Origin: Puniceicoccaceae bacterium
GTDB lineage: Bacteria; Verrucomicrobiota; Verrucomicrobiia; Opitutales; Oceanipulchritudinaceae
Reading direction: 5' to 3'
DNA: 64,000 bases
Assembly: GCA_040830765.1 (NCBI GenBank)
Contig: JBFOMH010000019.1
Coordinates: forward strand, 32,001 to 96,000
Shown here one piece after another: positions 47,949 to 57,389 of this stretch. Position 1 is the stretch's first letter. Every line of letters begins with the position of its first letter. Both the position numbers and the translations under genes were made by a program. The notes beneath the pieces are model-generated. The model searched no databases. It saw nothing but the letters and a program-made list of their open reading frames with translations, and was not told the DNA's origin.

Positions 47949-48305
47949 ATGAACCCACAACAACTCGTCGACGAAGCCACCTTTGAATTTACCATGGGCG
48001 ACCATGCCGCCGCGCTGGAGAAACTCGACCAGGCCATCAAGCAGGATGCCGCCTGTTTTTCCGCCTGGCATGCCATGGCGGAAATCCAGTTTGACCAGCA
48101 GGCCTACGAAAAGGCGCTTGAAGCGGGTAAAATTGCCGTCGGGCTCAAGGAGGATGATGTCCATATCCATACCACCCTTTCCCGAATCTGGATGGAGCTC
48201 GGCGACAAGGACGAGGCCGAGAAGCACGGCGCCCGGGCCCGCGTCCTCGGCTGGAAGGAGCAATTGAAGGAGGAGCCGGAGGGGAACGGCCCGGCAGCGG
48301 TTTGA
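47949..48305 (+). CDS. Small tetratricopeptide-repeat protein
   Basis: TPR-like helices (AWHAMAEIQFDQQAYEKALEA; IHTTLSRIWMELGDKDEAE). Confidence 0.75.
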   Translation: MNPQQLVDEATFEFTMGDHAAALEKLDQAIKQDAACFSAWHAMAEIQFDQQAYEKALEAGKIAVGLKEDDVHIHTTLSRIWMELGDKDEAEKHGARARVLGWKEQLKEEPEGNGPAAV

Positions 48306-48313
48306 TGCGATAA

Positions 48314-48393
48314 TCGCGCCGTAAAGGCGCTCACTACGTAGCGAACGGGTTTATCCCGCGACAGATTCCGTAGCGAGCGGGTTTATCCCGCGA
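48314..48393. repeat. Cluster of three 24-bp GTAG-type REP elements
   Basis: GTAGTGAGCGCCTTTACGGCGCGA (minus, 48314-48337), GTAGCGAACGGGTTTATCCCGCGA (48338-48361) and GTAGCGAGCGGGTTTATCCCGCGA (48370-48393). Confidence 0.75.
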
Positions 48394-48459
48394 TTATCCT
48401 CCTCCCCCCCGCGATTGACACCCGGACGCATCTTCCCCTAACCTTGTCCTCTTAAACTT

Positions 48460-49440
48460 ATGGATAACGGCGAATTCACCCTGGAGTTTGAGAAACCGCT
48501 GCGCGACCTGCAGCTGCGCCTGGAAGAGCTGATGACGGCCTCCGAGGAGCAGAATTTTGACGTTTCCGCAGAGACGGAAGCCATACGCAAACGGCTTGAG
48601 GAGACCAAGCGGGACATTTACACGCACCTCACCCCATGGCAGCGGGTCCAGCTGGCGCGGCACCCGAAGCGGCCCTATTCGCTCGACTACATCAATGCCA
48701 TCTTCACGGGTTTCCAGGAATTGCACGGCGATCGGAGCTATGGCGACGATCAGGCACTCATCGGGGGAACCGCCTTCTTTGACGGCCAGCCTGTCATGAT
48801 CATCGCTCAACAGAAGGGCCGTGACGTGAAGGACAACCTCCGCCGCAACTTTGGCATGCCACATCCGGAAGGATATCGCAAGGCCCTGCGCCTGATGCAG
48901 ATGGCCGAAAAATTCAACCTGCCGATCATCACTTTCATCGACACCAAGGCGGCCTATGCCGGAGTCGGCTCGGAGGAGCGCCACGTTTCCGAGGCCATTG
49001 CCCGCAATCTGCGCGAAATGGCCAATCTCAAGGTGCCCATCATCGGGATTATCATCGGTGAAGGGGGCAGCGGCGGCGCCCTCGGGATTGCCGTGGTCGA
49101 CAAATTGCTCGTTCAGCAGCACGCCTATTACTCGGTCATCCCCCCGGAAGGCTGCGCTGCCATCCTCTGGCGCGACCGGAAATATGCTGAGACGGCGGCC
49201 AACGCCCTCAAGCTGGGGGCCAAGGAGTTGCTTGAACAAGGTATCGCTGACGAGGTGGTAGAGGAACCCTTGGGGGGAGCCCACAGGGATCCGGAAATGG
49301 CTTCTGAAGCCCTCCGAAAAGCGATCACCAAGAACCTTTCCAAGCTGAAGCGTCTCAAGACCGAGACCCTCCTCGACAAGCGCTACGAGAAGTACCGCAA
49401 CATGGGCGACTTTATCGATCCGGCGGCAACTGAGGCCTAA
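48460..49440 (+). CDS. accA: Acetyl-CoA carboxylase carboxyltransferase alpha subunit
   Basis: LEFEKPL, ARHPKRP, ELHGDR, NFGMPHPEGYRKALR, IGEGGSGGAL and EPLGGAHRD motifs. Confidence 0.97.
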   Translation: MDNGEFTLEFEKPLRDLQLRLEELMTASEEQNFDVSAETEAIRKRLEETKRDIYTHLTPWQRVQLARHPKRPYSLDYINAIFTGFQELHGDRSYGDDQALIGGTAFFDGQPVMIIAQQKGRDVKDNLRRNFGMPHPEGYRKALRLMQMAEKFNLPIITFIDTKAAYAGVGSEERHVSEAIARNLREMANLKVPIIGIIIGEGGSGGALGIAVVDKLLVQQHAYYSVIPPEGCAAILWRDRKYAETAANALKLGAKELLEQGIADEVVEEPLGGAHRDPEMASEALRKAITKNLSKLKRLKTETLLDKRYEKYRNMGDFIDPAATEA

Positions 49441-52400
49441 TCCAGTTCCAGGAAGCGCCGCAGAAATACCCGCTCCGTGGCGGGCAATTGGAACGATTCG
49501 ACGCTCCAGTCAATCGTGCTGTCAATCGCTGAAACAGTCGTGCCGAGGGACTGAATTTCCGACCAAGCGGAAAGGTCCTCAGACCAGAAGTACCGGGGCC
49601 GGACACGCTCGGAGTCCCGTGTCTGATGGCCGAAAGCTATCCGCCACAAGCCTTCTGGGCTAAAGTCTTCCAGGACAACCGAATAAGGCGATATATCGGG
49701 CATTTCCGGATTGGTATTTTCCCAGAACTCATGCACGTTGGTACGGCCGTCAAAGTCGGTATCCGCCTGTGGCAAGGCGGCCAAGCCGGTGAGGGATGTT
49801 GCTGCCAACCAGGTATCAAGTGGGCTTAATGTGACCGTGAGGCTGAGGCTGATGTCGAGACTGGCACCGAGGGGATCCGCCACCTGCAATTCCAGCAGGT
49901 CGGTTCCGTCATCCTCTCCCCCCGGGGTTCCCTGCAAGCGGCCGTCCTTGAAAATCACCAGCCAATCCGGTCCGGATATCTTTCTGAAAATAAGCGGATC
50001 GGCATCCGGATCGGTAAAGTGACTTGAGAGATCCGCCTCCATGGGAACATTCGTTGATGCCGAGAGGGTTGCTGGTGGCGGACTAACTTCCTCCGGTGCA
50101 CGGTTAAGCGGGCCCTTGGCCACCCGCAGAAAGGATTCATTTGGTGAACCCCTCGCGGTAATGTCGGCCCGGGAGTTGGTGGTCTCGGTGATTGCAAAAC
50201 TGTAGGTGCCGTTACCGGTAATGTGGCTACTGACATCCGCCACTGCCCATTCACCGGAGGTGGCCGTGACACTGGCCAAAAGCGAACCGATGACCGGAGC
50301 CGTGTTCCAGGTCAGCGTGCCTTCACTCCATGCATTTTCGACTGCATGGATTTCAAAGGTTCCGTTGTATCCGAGGCTTTCCACGTAAAGGTGCAATTGG
50401 GCACTGTCCGGCGGTTCGGAAAGGTCAGTGACGGAATATTTGAAAAACGCATATCGCCCAAAGTCGGATGTATCGGGGTCCCGCACTTGGACTGGGTTGC
50501 GGCTGCCATAGTTGGTATCTGGATTCTGTTCGTTGATGAAGGTGTCCCCGGTGGCAGTGAACTCAGACACACCGCCCCCCGAACCCATCTTGCGAACCGC
50601 CAGCTCGGCCGTGGAGAAGGCAACAATACCATCAGCGTCTGTGACCGAAAGGCTGAGGGAAGCGGGCCCGAGATGGGATTCATCCGGTGTGCCGCTAAGC
50701 AGGCCCTGCGGGGACAGGGAAACCCATGCCGGACCGGAGAGCATGGCAAAGGTAACGGGTGGCTTTCCGCCTTCCCCTAGCCAGGTGCTTAGGTCATCCT
50801 TGTAAGCCAGTCCGGCATACCCATCCGCCAACTGGAGCAGATCTGTGGTAAAGCCAATGGTAGACCGGAACTGGAGGGAACCAAACTCCATGTAGCCCCT
50901 TTCCGTGGGCGAAACCCCGGTCAGGCCAACAAAATGTCCCCCGAGGTTCTCCCAGGTGAATTCGGCCAGGAGAAACGTGTTTGCCGCATCATTCGAGCCA
51001 AAGATCTTCAATTGATCGCCTGTGCGCTGGATGCGAAGAATAGCAACTGCCGCTGTCACTACCCCGTCCCACACAAAGCTATCCTCCAGGGCTGGCGAGC
51101 CTGCCTGTGACCGGTTGCGGATGCGCACGGTTCCCCCGGCATCCATCGTCACGGATAGGGACCGGGCGTAGGGGGTCAGTTGTTCACGCAGGTTGATGCC
51201 GGCCTCTCCCAGACCCATGACATCCTCCACGGAAACGGATATCGTGTAGTCATCATCCCGATACTGGGCTTGCAGCGGGAGGTTGTCCGATGCTCCGTCG
51301 GAGAGGCTGCCCCCGTTTATGGCCCAACCGAGAATTCCATCGAAGCGGTCAACCACGTAATCGGCATCAACATCGCCTACCGATCCCGGCAAAAGGCCGT
51401 ATCGGCTCCAATTCGGGAACCCAGGCTCGGGCTCAACTGTGAGGTTTAGTTCAGCGCTGTCAGTTTTGCCCGATTGGTCCCGCACAGTGTAAGTCAAGAC
51501 CTCCCCACCCAGCTTCCCGGGGATGGGTTTATAATGGATTCGGTTTCCAACGATAGTGACGGTTGCCAGGTTACTAGGGCCGACGGAATCAATAGCCAGG
51601 CCCTCCCCCTCATCATTGAGGAGAACATGAATGGAGCGCGTTTCGGATGCCCTCAGGCGGACGGTGTCGTCTGTAGCTTGCAGCGGCATCGGCCAATCGG
51701 CCCCCATGGTCGTGGCATTGACCGTGGACGCGGTTTTCCAGCCGCCCATGTTATGGGCAATAACAGAATAGCTGTACAAGCTGCTGCTCATGAGGCCGCG
51801 GTCACGGTAGCTAGTTGCATCGGGTGGCGTTACATGGATCTCCTTGAAGTAGGATTCACCCGGACCCTTCCGCATGATGATGAAGGCTGTTTCGTTGCTG
51901 GAATTGTCGGTCCAGGACAGATCGATAACGCTGCGGGCAATCGGGGTTGCGGAAACTGAACTGGGGGCAGACTGCGGTGCCAGGGGAATAGTCATGTAGC
52001 TCTCCAGGTTGCTCACTTCCGTCGACCAGTTGTTGGTTGACGGCGTCGGGACCTTCACTCCGGCATCATTTCGGATGCGGACATACTCGGTCAGCATCTC
52101 GTTGGCCAGCGTCGGCATGGAATCAAAGAGATCGGTTGTTTCCCCCGGATCGGCAACGAAATCATACAGCTCCGCAAAATGGCGATTGATATGGTAGGCC
52201 AGCTTGTAGCGGCCTTTCCGGTACGCGCCCATGGTTGTGCTGCCGGTGCCGTCGCTGATACCGGTAAAGTGATGCGCAGTTTCCGTCCGGGGGGCGAGCG
52301 CGCCATCGATCACCGCTGGCAGGAAGCTGATGGAATCGATGTGCTGGGAAGGCACCTCGGGGACACTGCCCATTTCCAAAAAGGTCCTGTAGAAGTCAGC

Positions 52401-53783
52401 ACCATGGACAAACGCCTCGGTTCTCATACCGGCCTGGGTCACACCGGGCCAGTAAACAATCAATGGAATGCGCAGCCCGCCGTCGTAGCACCAGGTCTTG
52501 CCAAGGCGGAAGGGAAAATTGCTGGTCGGGAATTGGTCCGGAGCGTTGTTCTTGTCCGCGTCAAAGGTGCTCTTTCCACCATGGTCCGAGCTGATGACGA
52601 TAATTGTCCTGTCGGCGATGCCCTGCAGTTCCAACTCTTCCCTTAGTCCGGCCAGGCTGTCATCATAGCTCTTCATCATCGCGGCATAGACAATGTTGTC
52701 CTGCCAAATGCGCACATCGGCCGTGTAGTCCTCAACCAGCTGGCTTCCACCCGGATGGTAGCTGAAATCGACATTGTCCCGCTTCTGGGTAAAGTAGCTA
52801 ACATCCGCCGGCTTGGCCTCCAGGGGTGTATGCACCGCGTAGTGGCTCAGGATCATGAAAAAGGGCTGGCCGGCATGGTTGGTCATATGATCGGAGATAA
52901 AGCCCCTTGCCTCGGAAGTCAGGCGATCGGTCAGGTACTCATCCGCATTGGCTGCAGGTCCGAGGTTGGGCAGATTGTAGGAAAGTGTTCCGGGATCCGG
53001 GAAGTAACTGTTGTTTGGAGCACCGTATTCTCCCGCGGCAATGCTGACATCATAGCCTTGGTGCTCCGGAGCCTTCCCTTCTGCTTGTGATCCAAGATGC
53101 CATTTGCCGATAAAGCAGGTCCGGTAGCCGCCGGCCTGCATAGCCTCTCCAACAGTAATCTCCGACGGATCGATCCCGCCCCCACTGCCAATGGCCTCCG
53201 GACGAAAATCATACATGCCAGTCTGCAACGAACGCCGCGCCACCACGCAGCGTGGTCCGGAAGCGTAGGCGTTGGTAAAGGTCACGGCCTGGCTAACAAG
53301 GGTGTCCAGAGCAGGGGTCTCATGGATCGTCGGGCCATCTGTCGCCTCTTCCCGCAGCGCCACGATGTCCTTGTAGCCCATGTCATCCGCCAGCAGGAAA
53401 ATGATGTTCATCGGCTCAGCCGCCTCGCCACTCACCGGGCCGGCCCAGGCGGATTCACCAGCCGCGTTGAAGGCCCGGACTCGGAACTCCGGCGAAACCC
53501 CACTGGTGTCCCCCGATACCAACAGCAGCTGCGTGTTCGGGCCCAGTTCAGCGATCTTGACCCAGCTGTTCCCCTCGTTGCGCTCTATCTCAAGGCCTGC
53601 CTCATCCGCTGCCCGATCTTCCCAACGGAGGAGCCAGGTTCCGGCTCCGGCAGGGGTGACAGTCATCTCCCGGGGACCAGCAGGTGTCCCCAAGGCAAGG
53701 ATTTCGGGAGCTGAAAATCCGCTACTGGCTGGAAGCGCTAAAAACAATGAAGCAAGAAGAGATATCGGACTATGCCATCTCAT
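49437..53783 (-). CDS. Large secreted multidomain sulfatase (FN3-sulfatase-FN3-Ig-like-beta-sandwich-Ig-DNRLRE/CBM96-like-Ig-C-terminal module)
   Basis: NIIFLLADDMG, CVVARRSLQTG, GKWHLG, HYAVHTPL and SSDHGG motifs; FN3 (FRVRAFNAAGES); Ig repeats (SGPAWVSL..G.LSGTP); DTFINE...NYG...WSEGTLTWN. The start could be 53858. Confidence 0.85.
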   Translation of the reverse strand: MRWHSPISLLASLFLALPASSGFSAPEILALGTPAGPREMTVTPAGAGTWLLRWEDRAADEAGLEIERNEGNSWVKIAELGPNTQLLLVSGDTSGVSPEFRVRAFNAAGESAWAGPVSGEAAEPMNIIFLLADDMGYKDIVALREEATDGPTIHETPALDTLVSQAVTFTNAYASGPRCVVARRSLQTGMYDFRPEAIGSGGGIDPSEITVGEAMQAGGYRTCFIGKWHLGSQAEGKAPEHQGYDVSIAAGEYGAPNNSYFPDPGTLSYNLPNLGPAANADEYLTDRLTSEARGFISDHMTNHAGQPFFMILSHYAVHTPLEAKPADVSYFTQKRDNVDFSYHPGGSQLVEDYTADVRIWQDNIVYAAMMKSYDDSLAGLREELELQGIADRTIIVISSDHGGKSTFDADKNNAPDQFPTSNFPFRLGKTWCYDGGLRIPLIVYWPGVTQAGMRTEAFVHGADFYRTFLEMGSVPEVPSQHIDSISFLPAVIDGALAPRTETAHHFTGISDGTGSTTMGAYRKGRYKLAYHINRHFAELYDFVADPGETTDLFDSMPTLANEMLTEYVRIRNDAGVKVPTPSTNNWSTEVSNLESYMTIPLAPQSAPSSVSATPIARSVIDLSWTDNSSNETAFIIMRKGPGESYFKEIHVTPPDATSYRDRGLMSSSLYSYSVIAHNMGGWKTASTVNATTMGADWPMPLQATDDTVRLRASETRSIHVLLNDEGEGLAIDSVGPSNLATVTIVGNRIHYKPIPGKLGGEVLTYTVRDQSGKTDSAELNLTVEPEPGFPNWSRYGLLPGSVGDVDADYVVDRFDGILGWAINGGSLSDGASDNLPLQAQYRDDDYTISVSVEDVMGLGEAGINLREQLTPYARSLSVTMDAGGTVRIRNRSQAGSPALEDSFVWDGVVTAAVAILRIQRTGDQLKIFGSNDAANTFLLAEFTWENLGGHFVGLTGVSPTERGYMEFGSLQFRSTIGFTTDLLQLADGYAGLAYKDDLSTWLGEGGKPPVTFAMLSGPAWVSLSPQGLLSGTPDESHLGPASLSLSVTDADGIVAFSTAELAVRKMGSGGGVSEFTATGDTFINEQNPDTNYGSRNPVQVRDPDTSDFGRYAFFKYSVTDLSEPPDSAQLHLYVESLGYNGTFEIHAVENAWSEGTLTWNTAPVIGSLLASVTATSGEWAVADVSSHITGNGTYSFAITETTNSRADITARGSPNESFLRVAKGPLNRAPEEVSPPPATLSASTNVPMEADLSSHFTDPDADPLIFRKISGPDWLVIFKDGRLQGTPGGEDDGTDLLELQVADPLGASLDISLSLTVTLSPLDTWLAATSLTGLAALPQADTDFDGRTNVHEFWENTNPEMPDISPYSVVLEDFSPEGLWRIAFGHQTRDSERVRPRYFWSEDLSAWSEIQSLGTTVSAIDSTIDWSVESFQLPATERVFLRRFLELD

Positions 53784-53878
53784 AACATCACCCACCATTC
53801 TTGCCGCAGAACCCCAAAAAACGAAGGAATAGAACAGTGAAATCCTGTCCGCAACCACTGAATTCTGTCCCCTGTTTC

Positions 53879-53912
53879 AAATAATAAAGCCACCCGGCTG
53901 GCCGGGTGGCTT
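53879..53912 (-). terminator. Rho-independent terminator after the PEP-CTERM gene
   Basis: AAGCCACCCGGC/GCCGGGTGGCTT inverted repeat followed on the minus strand by TATTATTT. Confidence 0.75.
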
Positions 53913-53937
53913 GGAAAAATTGATTAGGCAAAACGTC

Positions 53938-54747
53938 TCAGCGACCAGTGCGGCGGTAGAAAACAAATCCCAAGGCCAGGAGACCAGTCAGGAAGGCAAA
54001 AGTGCCCGCCTCCGGAACCACAACACTCAATCCCATTTCGTCAACACTCACGGAATTCGCAGCACCCGCCCAGGCGCCGCTTTTGACATAAACCAGTTGC
54101 CCGATGTCAGTGCCGTTGAAATCCGAGAAGGAATGGGTTTCAACTCCATCCACGAGATAACGGACTGTATTGAGATCAAAATCAAACTCGACGGAAACTT
54201 CAACGGAAGTCGCACTGGCAAGACCCAGTGTGACGACCTCCCGGAACGCGCTTCCAGAATCAAGGGAAGTTGCTCCTCTCACCCGGACGACCGAGTCCGA
54301 TTGAACATTCCAGATAATCTGGGCAATTGAGTTGGAACCTCCAGAGTCATTGACAGCAAGCTTCCACGTATCTCCGACACTTGCCGCATCCATGTTCCAG
54401 GAGTTAAAATTCACGGAAAGGATGTATTTTCCAGTCGTTACTGGTGCATCGTAGATGTTGTTGTCATTGGCATCGTTCGGACCCAGCGCATCCGGAAGCT
54501 TGCGGGTGGTTGTGCCGCTATCGCCAGCAAGCACGAATAGTCCTGCACCATCGGCTATATCATTGAAGCTGGTTGTGTTGAAGTTCCAGCTGGAACCCCA
54601 GGAACCGGAGTTGGTGGCATCCCTCAAGCCCGCTCCGCTCGAATCTGAATCAAAGGTCCAATATTCGAGCGCGGTGATGATTTGGGCACTGAGCGCACCG
54701 GCTATCAGGCAGGCACTTAAGGTGGTAATCGCGGTTTTAATTTTCAT
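53938..54747 (-). CDS. PEP-CTERM sorting-domain protein
   Basis: Signal peptide; C-terminal VPEAGTFAFLTGLLALGFVFYRRTGR (VPE motif, TM helix, Arg cluster). Confidence 0.88.
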   Translation of the reverse strand: MKIKTAITTLSACLIAGALSAQIITALEYWTFDSDSSGAGLRDATNSGSWGSSWNFNTTSFNDIADGAGLFVLAGDSGTTTRKLPDALGPNDANDNNIYDAPVTTGKYILSVNFNSWNMDAASVGDTWKLAVNDSGGSNSIAQIIWNVQSDSVVRVRGATSLDSGSAFREVVTLGLASATSVEVSVEFDFDLNTVRYLVDGVETHSFSDFNGTDIGQLVYVKSGAWAGAANSVSVDEMGLSVVVPEAGTFAFLTGLLALGFVFYRRTGR

Positions 54748-54890
54748 GATAAGGAGGTGACTAGGTAGTTACTAAGCTGATGAGTGAATCTAAAAAGTAA
54801 CGCCCCGGGGCATGGAATTGTAAATAAGCGATAGCATTGAATATCAGCAGCGTAAGACTGAAAACAGGTACAGGCCATATCCCGGCAGCA

Positions 54891-54906
54891 ATGCAACATG
54901 TTGCAT
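54891..54906. promoter_or_regulatory. Perfect 16-bp palindrome, candidate operator
   Basis: ATGCAACATGTTGCAT in the divergent intergenic region. Confidence 0.55.
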
Positions 54907-54972
54907 ATTATTCGTTTAGCCGAAAATGGGAATTTTGCTGCGAAAAGGTTCAGGGAGGCATAGACCAGAAGG

Positions 54973-55965
54973 ATGAACAAAGGATTGGCCTCAACTATCA
55001 CGCTCTCCTGCCTGTTGATTCCCTGGTTGGCAATGGGGTCGAGCAGGATGATGACCGACCACGGCTACGAAAACCTCATTGAACTGGACAACGGGACCTG
55101 CCGGGTGGTGCTGGAGCCAAATATGGGCGGGCGTGTTTTGAATTACCAGTTCCAAGGTGTGGAGGTGCTCTACCAGGACCCGGAACAGGCGGGGCTGCGC
55201 CCGGACAAGGACGAATGGGTTCCCTTGATCGCAGGAGGTCGGTTTGACTTTGGCCCTTCCTTCTATCAGCGCCCACGCGGCACCCTGTGGCAGGGGGAGT
55301 GGAAAGGGGAAATAACCGGCGAGCTCTCGGCCCGCCTGACCAGCCAGGTGGATCCGGACTGCGGGGTACAGTTAATCCGGGAGTTCACGCTGGCTGAAGA
55401 GGGAACACACCTGCGCTGTGAGCAGACGATTATCAATCATACGAAGGACGTTCTATGGACGATGCACTGGAGCCGGACAATGGCGGTCGGTGGCGGTATT
55501 GCCTATGCCCCGATTCCCGACCAGGGACACTTTCCAAAGGGTTATGCCCTGAATGTCGAACCCCATGGAGCATTCAACTTCATCCCCGAAGAGGAACCGG
55601 ATGTGCGGATCAGGGATGGCGTCCTTGAGTTTCTCAAGGAGCCGTCCGCGCCAAAAACCATCTTCAACCTCGACGAAGCTTGGATGGCTTACCTGACGCG
55701 GGATGACATCTTGTTCGTAAAGACCTTCCCCTTTGATCCGGAGTGGCGCTATGGCGATCCGCCGCAGCACCATGCCTCTTACTGGTGGAAGGGCGAAAGA
55801 GCGACAGAGTTCGAGCCCAACGGACCCCTGGAGCAGATTCCTCCCGGTGGCCGGGCCAGTTTTCATGAAGACTGGTGGCTGGGACCCTTCCCCTTCCCGG
55901 AGGATAAGGTTGTTAATATAGCCAAGCTTCGCCAAGCTGTGGCAGACTTTTCAAGACAGCCATGA
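54973..55965 (+). CDS. Exported hypothetical protein (DUF4380/galactose-mutarotase-like beta-sandwich)
   Basis: Signal-like N-terminus; GGRVL, GGRFDFGP, EFEPNGP and EDWWL motifs; GGAGG RBS. Confidence 0.6.
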   Translation: MNKGLASTITLSCLLIPWLAMGSSRMMTDHGYENLIELDNGTCRVVLEPNMGGRVLNYQFQGVEVLYQDPEQAGLRPDKDEWVPLIAGGRFDFGPSFYQRPRGTLWQGEWKGEITGELSARLTSQVDPDCGVQLIREFTLAEEGTHLRCEQTIINHTKDVLWTMHWSRTMAVGGGIAYAPIPDQGHFPKGYALNVEPHGAFNFIPEEEPDVRIRDGVLEFLKEPSAPKTIFNLDEAWMAYLTRDDILFVKTFPFDPEWRYGDPPQHHASYWWKGERATEFEPNGPLEQIPPGGRASFHEDWWLGPFPFPEDKVVNIAKLRQAVADFSRQP

Positions 55966-57389
55966 AACGACTCCTGCCCCTATTGCCCCTGTTCCTGGTC
56001 CTGCAACTTTATTCCAAAGCCGAACTACCCAATATTCTCTTCATCCTTTCCGATGACCAGGCATGGGAGACGCTGGGCCTGCATGGTGGGGAAGTGAAGA
56101 CCCCCAACCTTGACCGGTTGGCTGCACAGGGAACCCTCTTCACCCACGCCTACAACATGGGGGGCTGGCACGGGGCGGTTTGTGTTGCCAGTCGAACGAT
56201 GCTGAACACGGGAAGATCTATCTGGCGGGCCCAAGCAGCTGAAGAGCGGATCCATCAAGGCGAAGAAGAGACCTTCTGGGCGGAACACTTGTCTGAAGCC
56301 GGATACACCACCTATATGTCGGGCAAATGGCATGTCAGAAAGCCGGCAGCAGACGCCTTTGACCACGTTGCGCATGTCCGTCCCGGAATGCCCAAGACGG
56401 TCCCGTCCGCTTATTTCCGTCCCGATCCGACAGGCCAGAACAGTTGGGCACCTGACGACAAATCGCTGGGCGGTTTCTGGGAAGGCGGCAAACACTGGAG
56501 CGAAGTGGTGGGTGATGACGGAGTCGCCTTCCTAAAACAGGCCGCGGGGAAGGAGGAGCCCTTCTTCATGTATCTCGCGTTCAACGCGCCGCACGACCCG
56601 CGCCAATCCCCGAAGGCATTCGTGGATATGTACCCGGTAGAGAACGTTAAAGTACCGGAAAACTTCCTTCCGGATTATCCCTACAAGGTCGAAATTGGCT
56701 GCTACAGTACAATCAGCAAGGGCCAACCGAGTTACCTTCGGGATGAAAAACTGGCTCCCTGGCCGCGGACAGAGGAGGCTATCCAGCTCCACCGGCAGGA
56801 GTATTACGCCATCATCACCCACATGGATAAACAGGTTGGGCGCATCCTCAAGGAACTCGAAGCAAGCGGGCAAAAGGAGGAAACAATCATCATTTTTACT
56901 TCCGACCATGGTCTCGCTGTCGGCCGCCATGGGCTCATGGGCAAGCAAAACATGTACGAGCATAGCCTGCGGGTTCCGTTGATCATTGCCGGACGGGACA
57001 TTCCCGCCGGCAAGCAGATCAATATCCCGGTCTACCTTCAGGATGTCATGCCAACATCACTACAATTGGCCGGGCAGGAAATCCCGCATTCCGTCGAATT
57101 CAAGAGCCTCCTTCCCTTGCTTGCCGGGGAGGAGACGATCCACTACCCTGCCCTCTATGGAGCCATGTGGCCAAACAAGCAGCGGGCGATCATCAAGGAT
57201 GGATGGAAGCTGATGCATTACCCAAAAGGTGATATCTACCGGCTCTATAACCTGCAAAAGGATCCGCTGGAAATGGATGACCTGGCTAATGATCCGAATC
57301 AGGCGGAGCGTGTTGTGGCACTGAAGGCAGGCCTGCGGGAGCTTCAACTGGGCATGGAGGATCCGCTTGTTGTGCAGAAGACGCCTTAA
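55962..57389 (+). CDS. Sulfatase (choline-sulfatase-like S1)
   Basis: PNILFILSDDQ, AVCVASRTMLNTG, GKWH, NAPHDP, SDHGL and GKQNMYE motifs. Confidence 0.92.
   Translation: MKRLLPLLPLFLVLQLYSKAELPNILFILSDDQAWETLGLHGGEVKTPNLDRLAAQGTLFTHAYNMGGWHGAVCVASRTMLNTGRSIWRAQAAEERIHQGEEETFWAEHLSEAGYTTYMSGKWHVRKPAADAFDHVAHVRPGMPKTVPSAYFRPDPTGQNSWAPDDKSLGGFWEGGKHWSEVVGDDGVAFLKQAAGKEEPFFMYLAFNAPHDPRQSPKAFVDMYPVENVKVPENFLPDYPYKVEIGCYSTISKGQPSYLRDEKLAPWPRTEEAIQLHRQEYYAIITHMDKQVGRILKELEASGQKEETIIIFTSDHGLAVGRHGLMGKQNMYEHSLRVPLIIAGRDIPAGKQINIPVYLQDVMPTSLQLAGQEIPHSVEFKSLLPLLAGEETIHYPALYGAMWPNKQRAIIKDGWKLMHYPKGDIYRLYNLQKDPLEMDDLANDPNQAERVVALKAGLRELQLGMEDPLVVQKTP

Noticed and set aside
48338..48393. Direct repeats containing GGTTTATCCCGCG, resembling a type I-E CRISPR repeat
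   Set aside because: There are only two direct copies, separated by 8 bp, plus an inverted relative and no cas genes. This fits GTAG-REP elements better.
49437..49440. Overlapping stop codons of convergent genes (also 21235-21238 and 57386-57389)
   Set aside because: This is common in compact genomes and there is no evidence of a special function.
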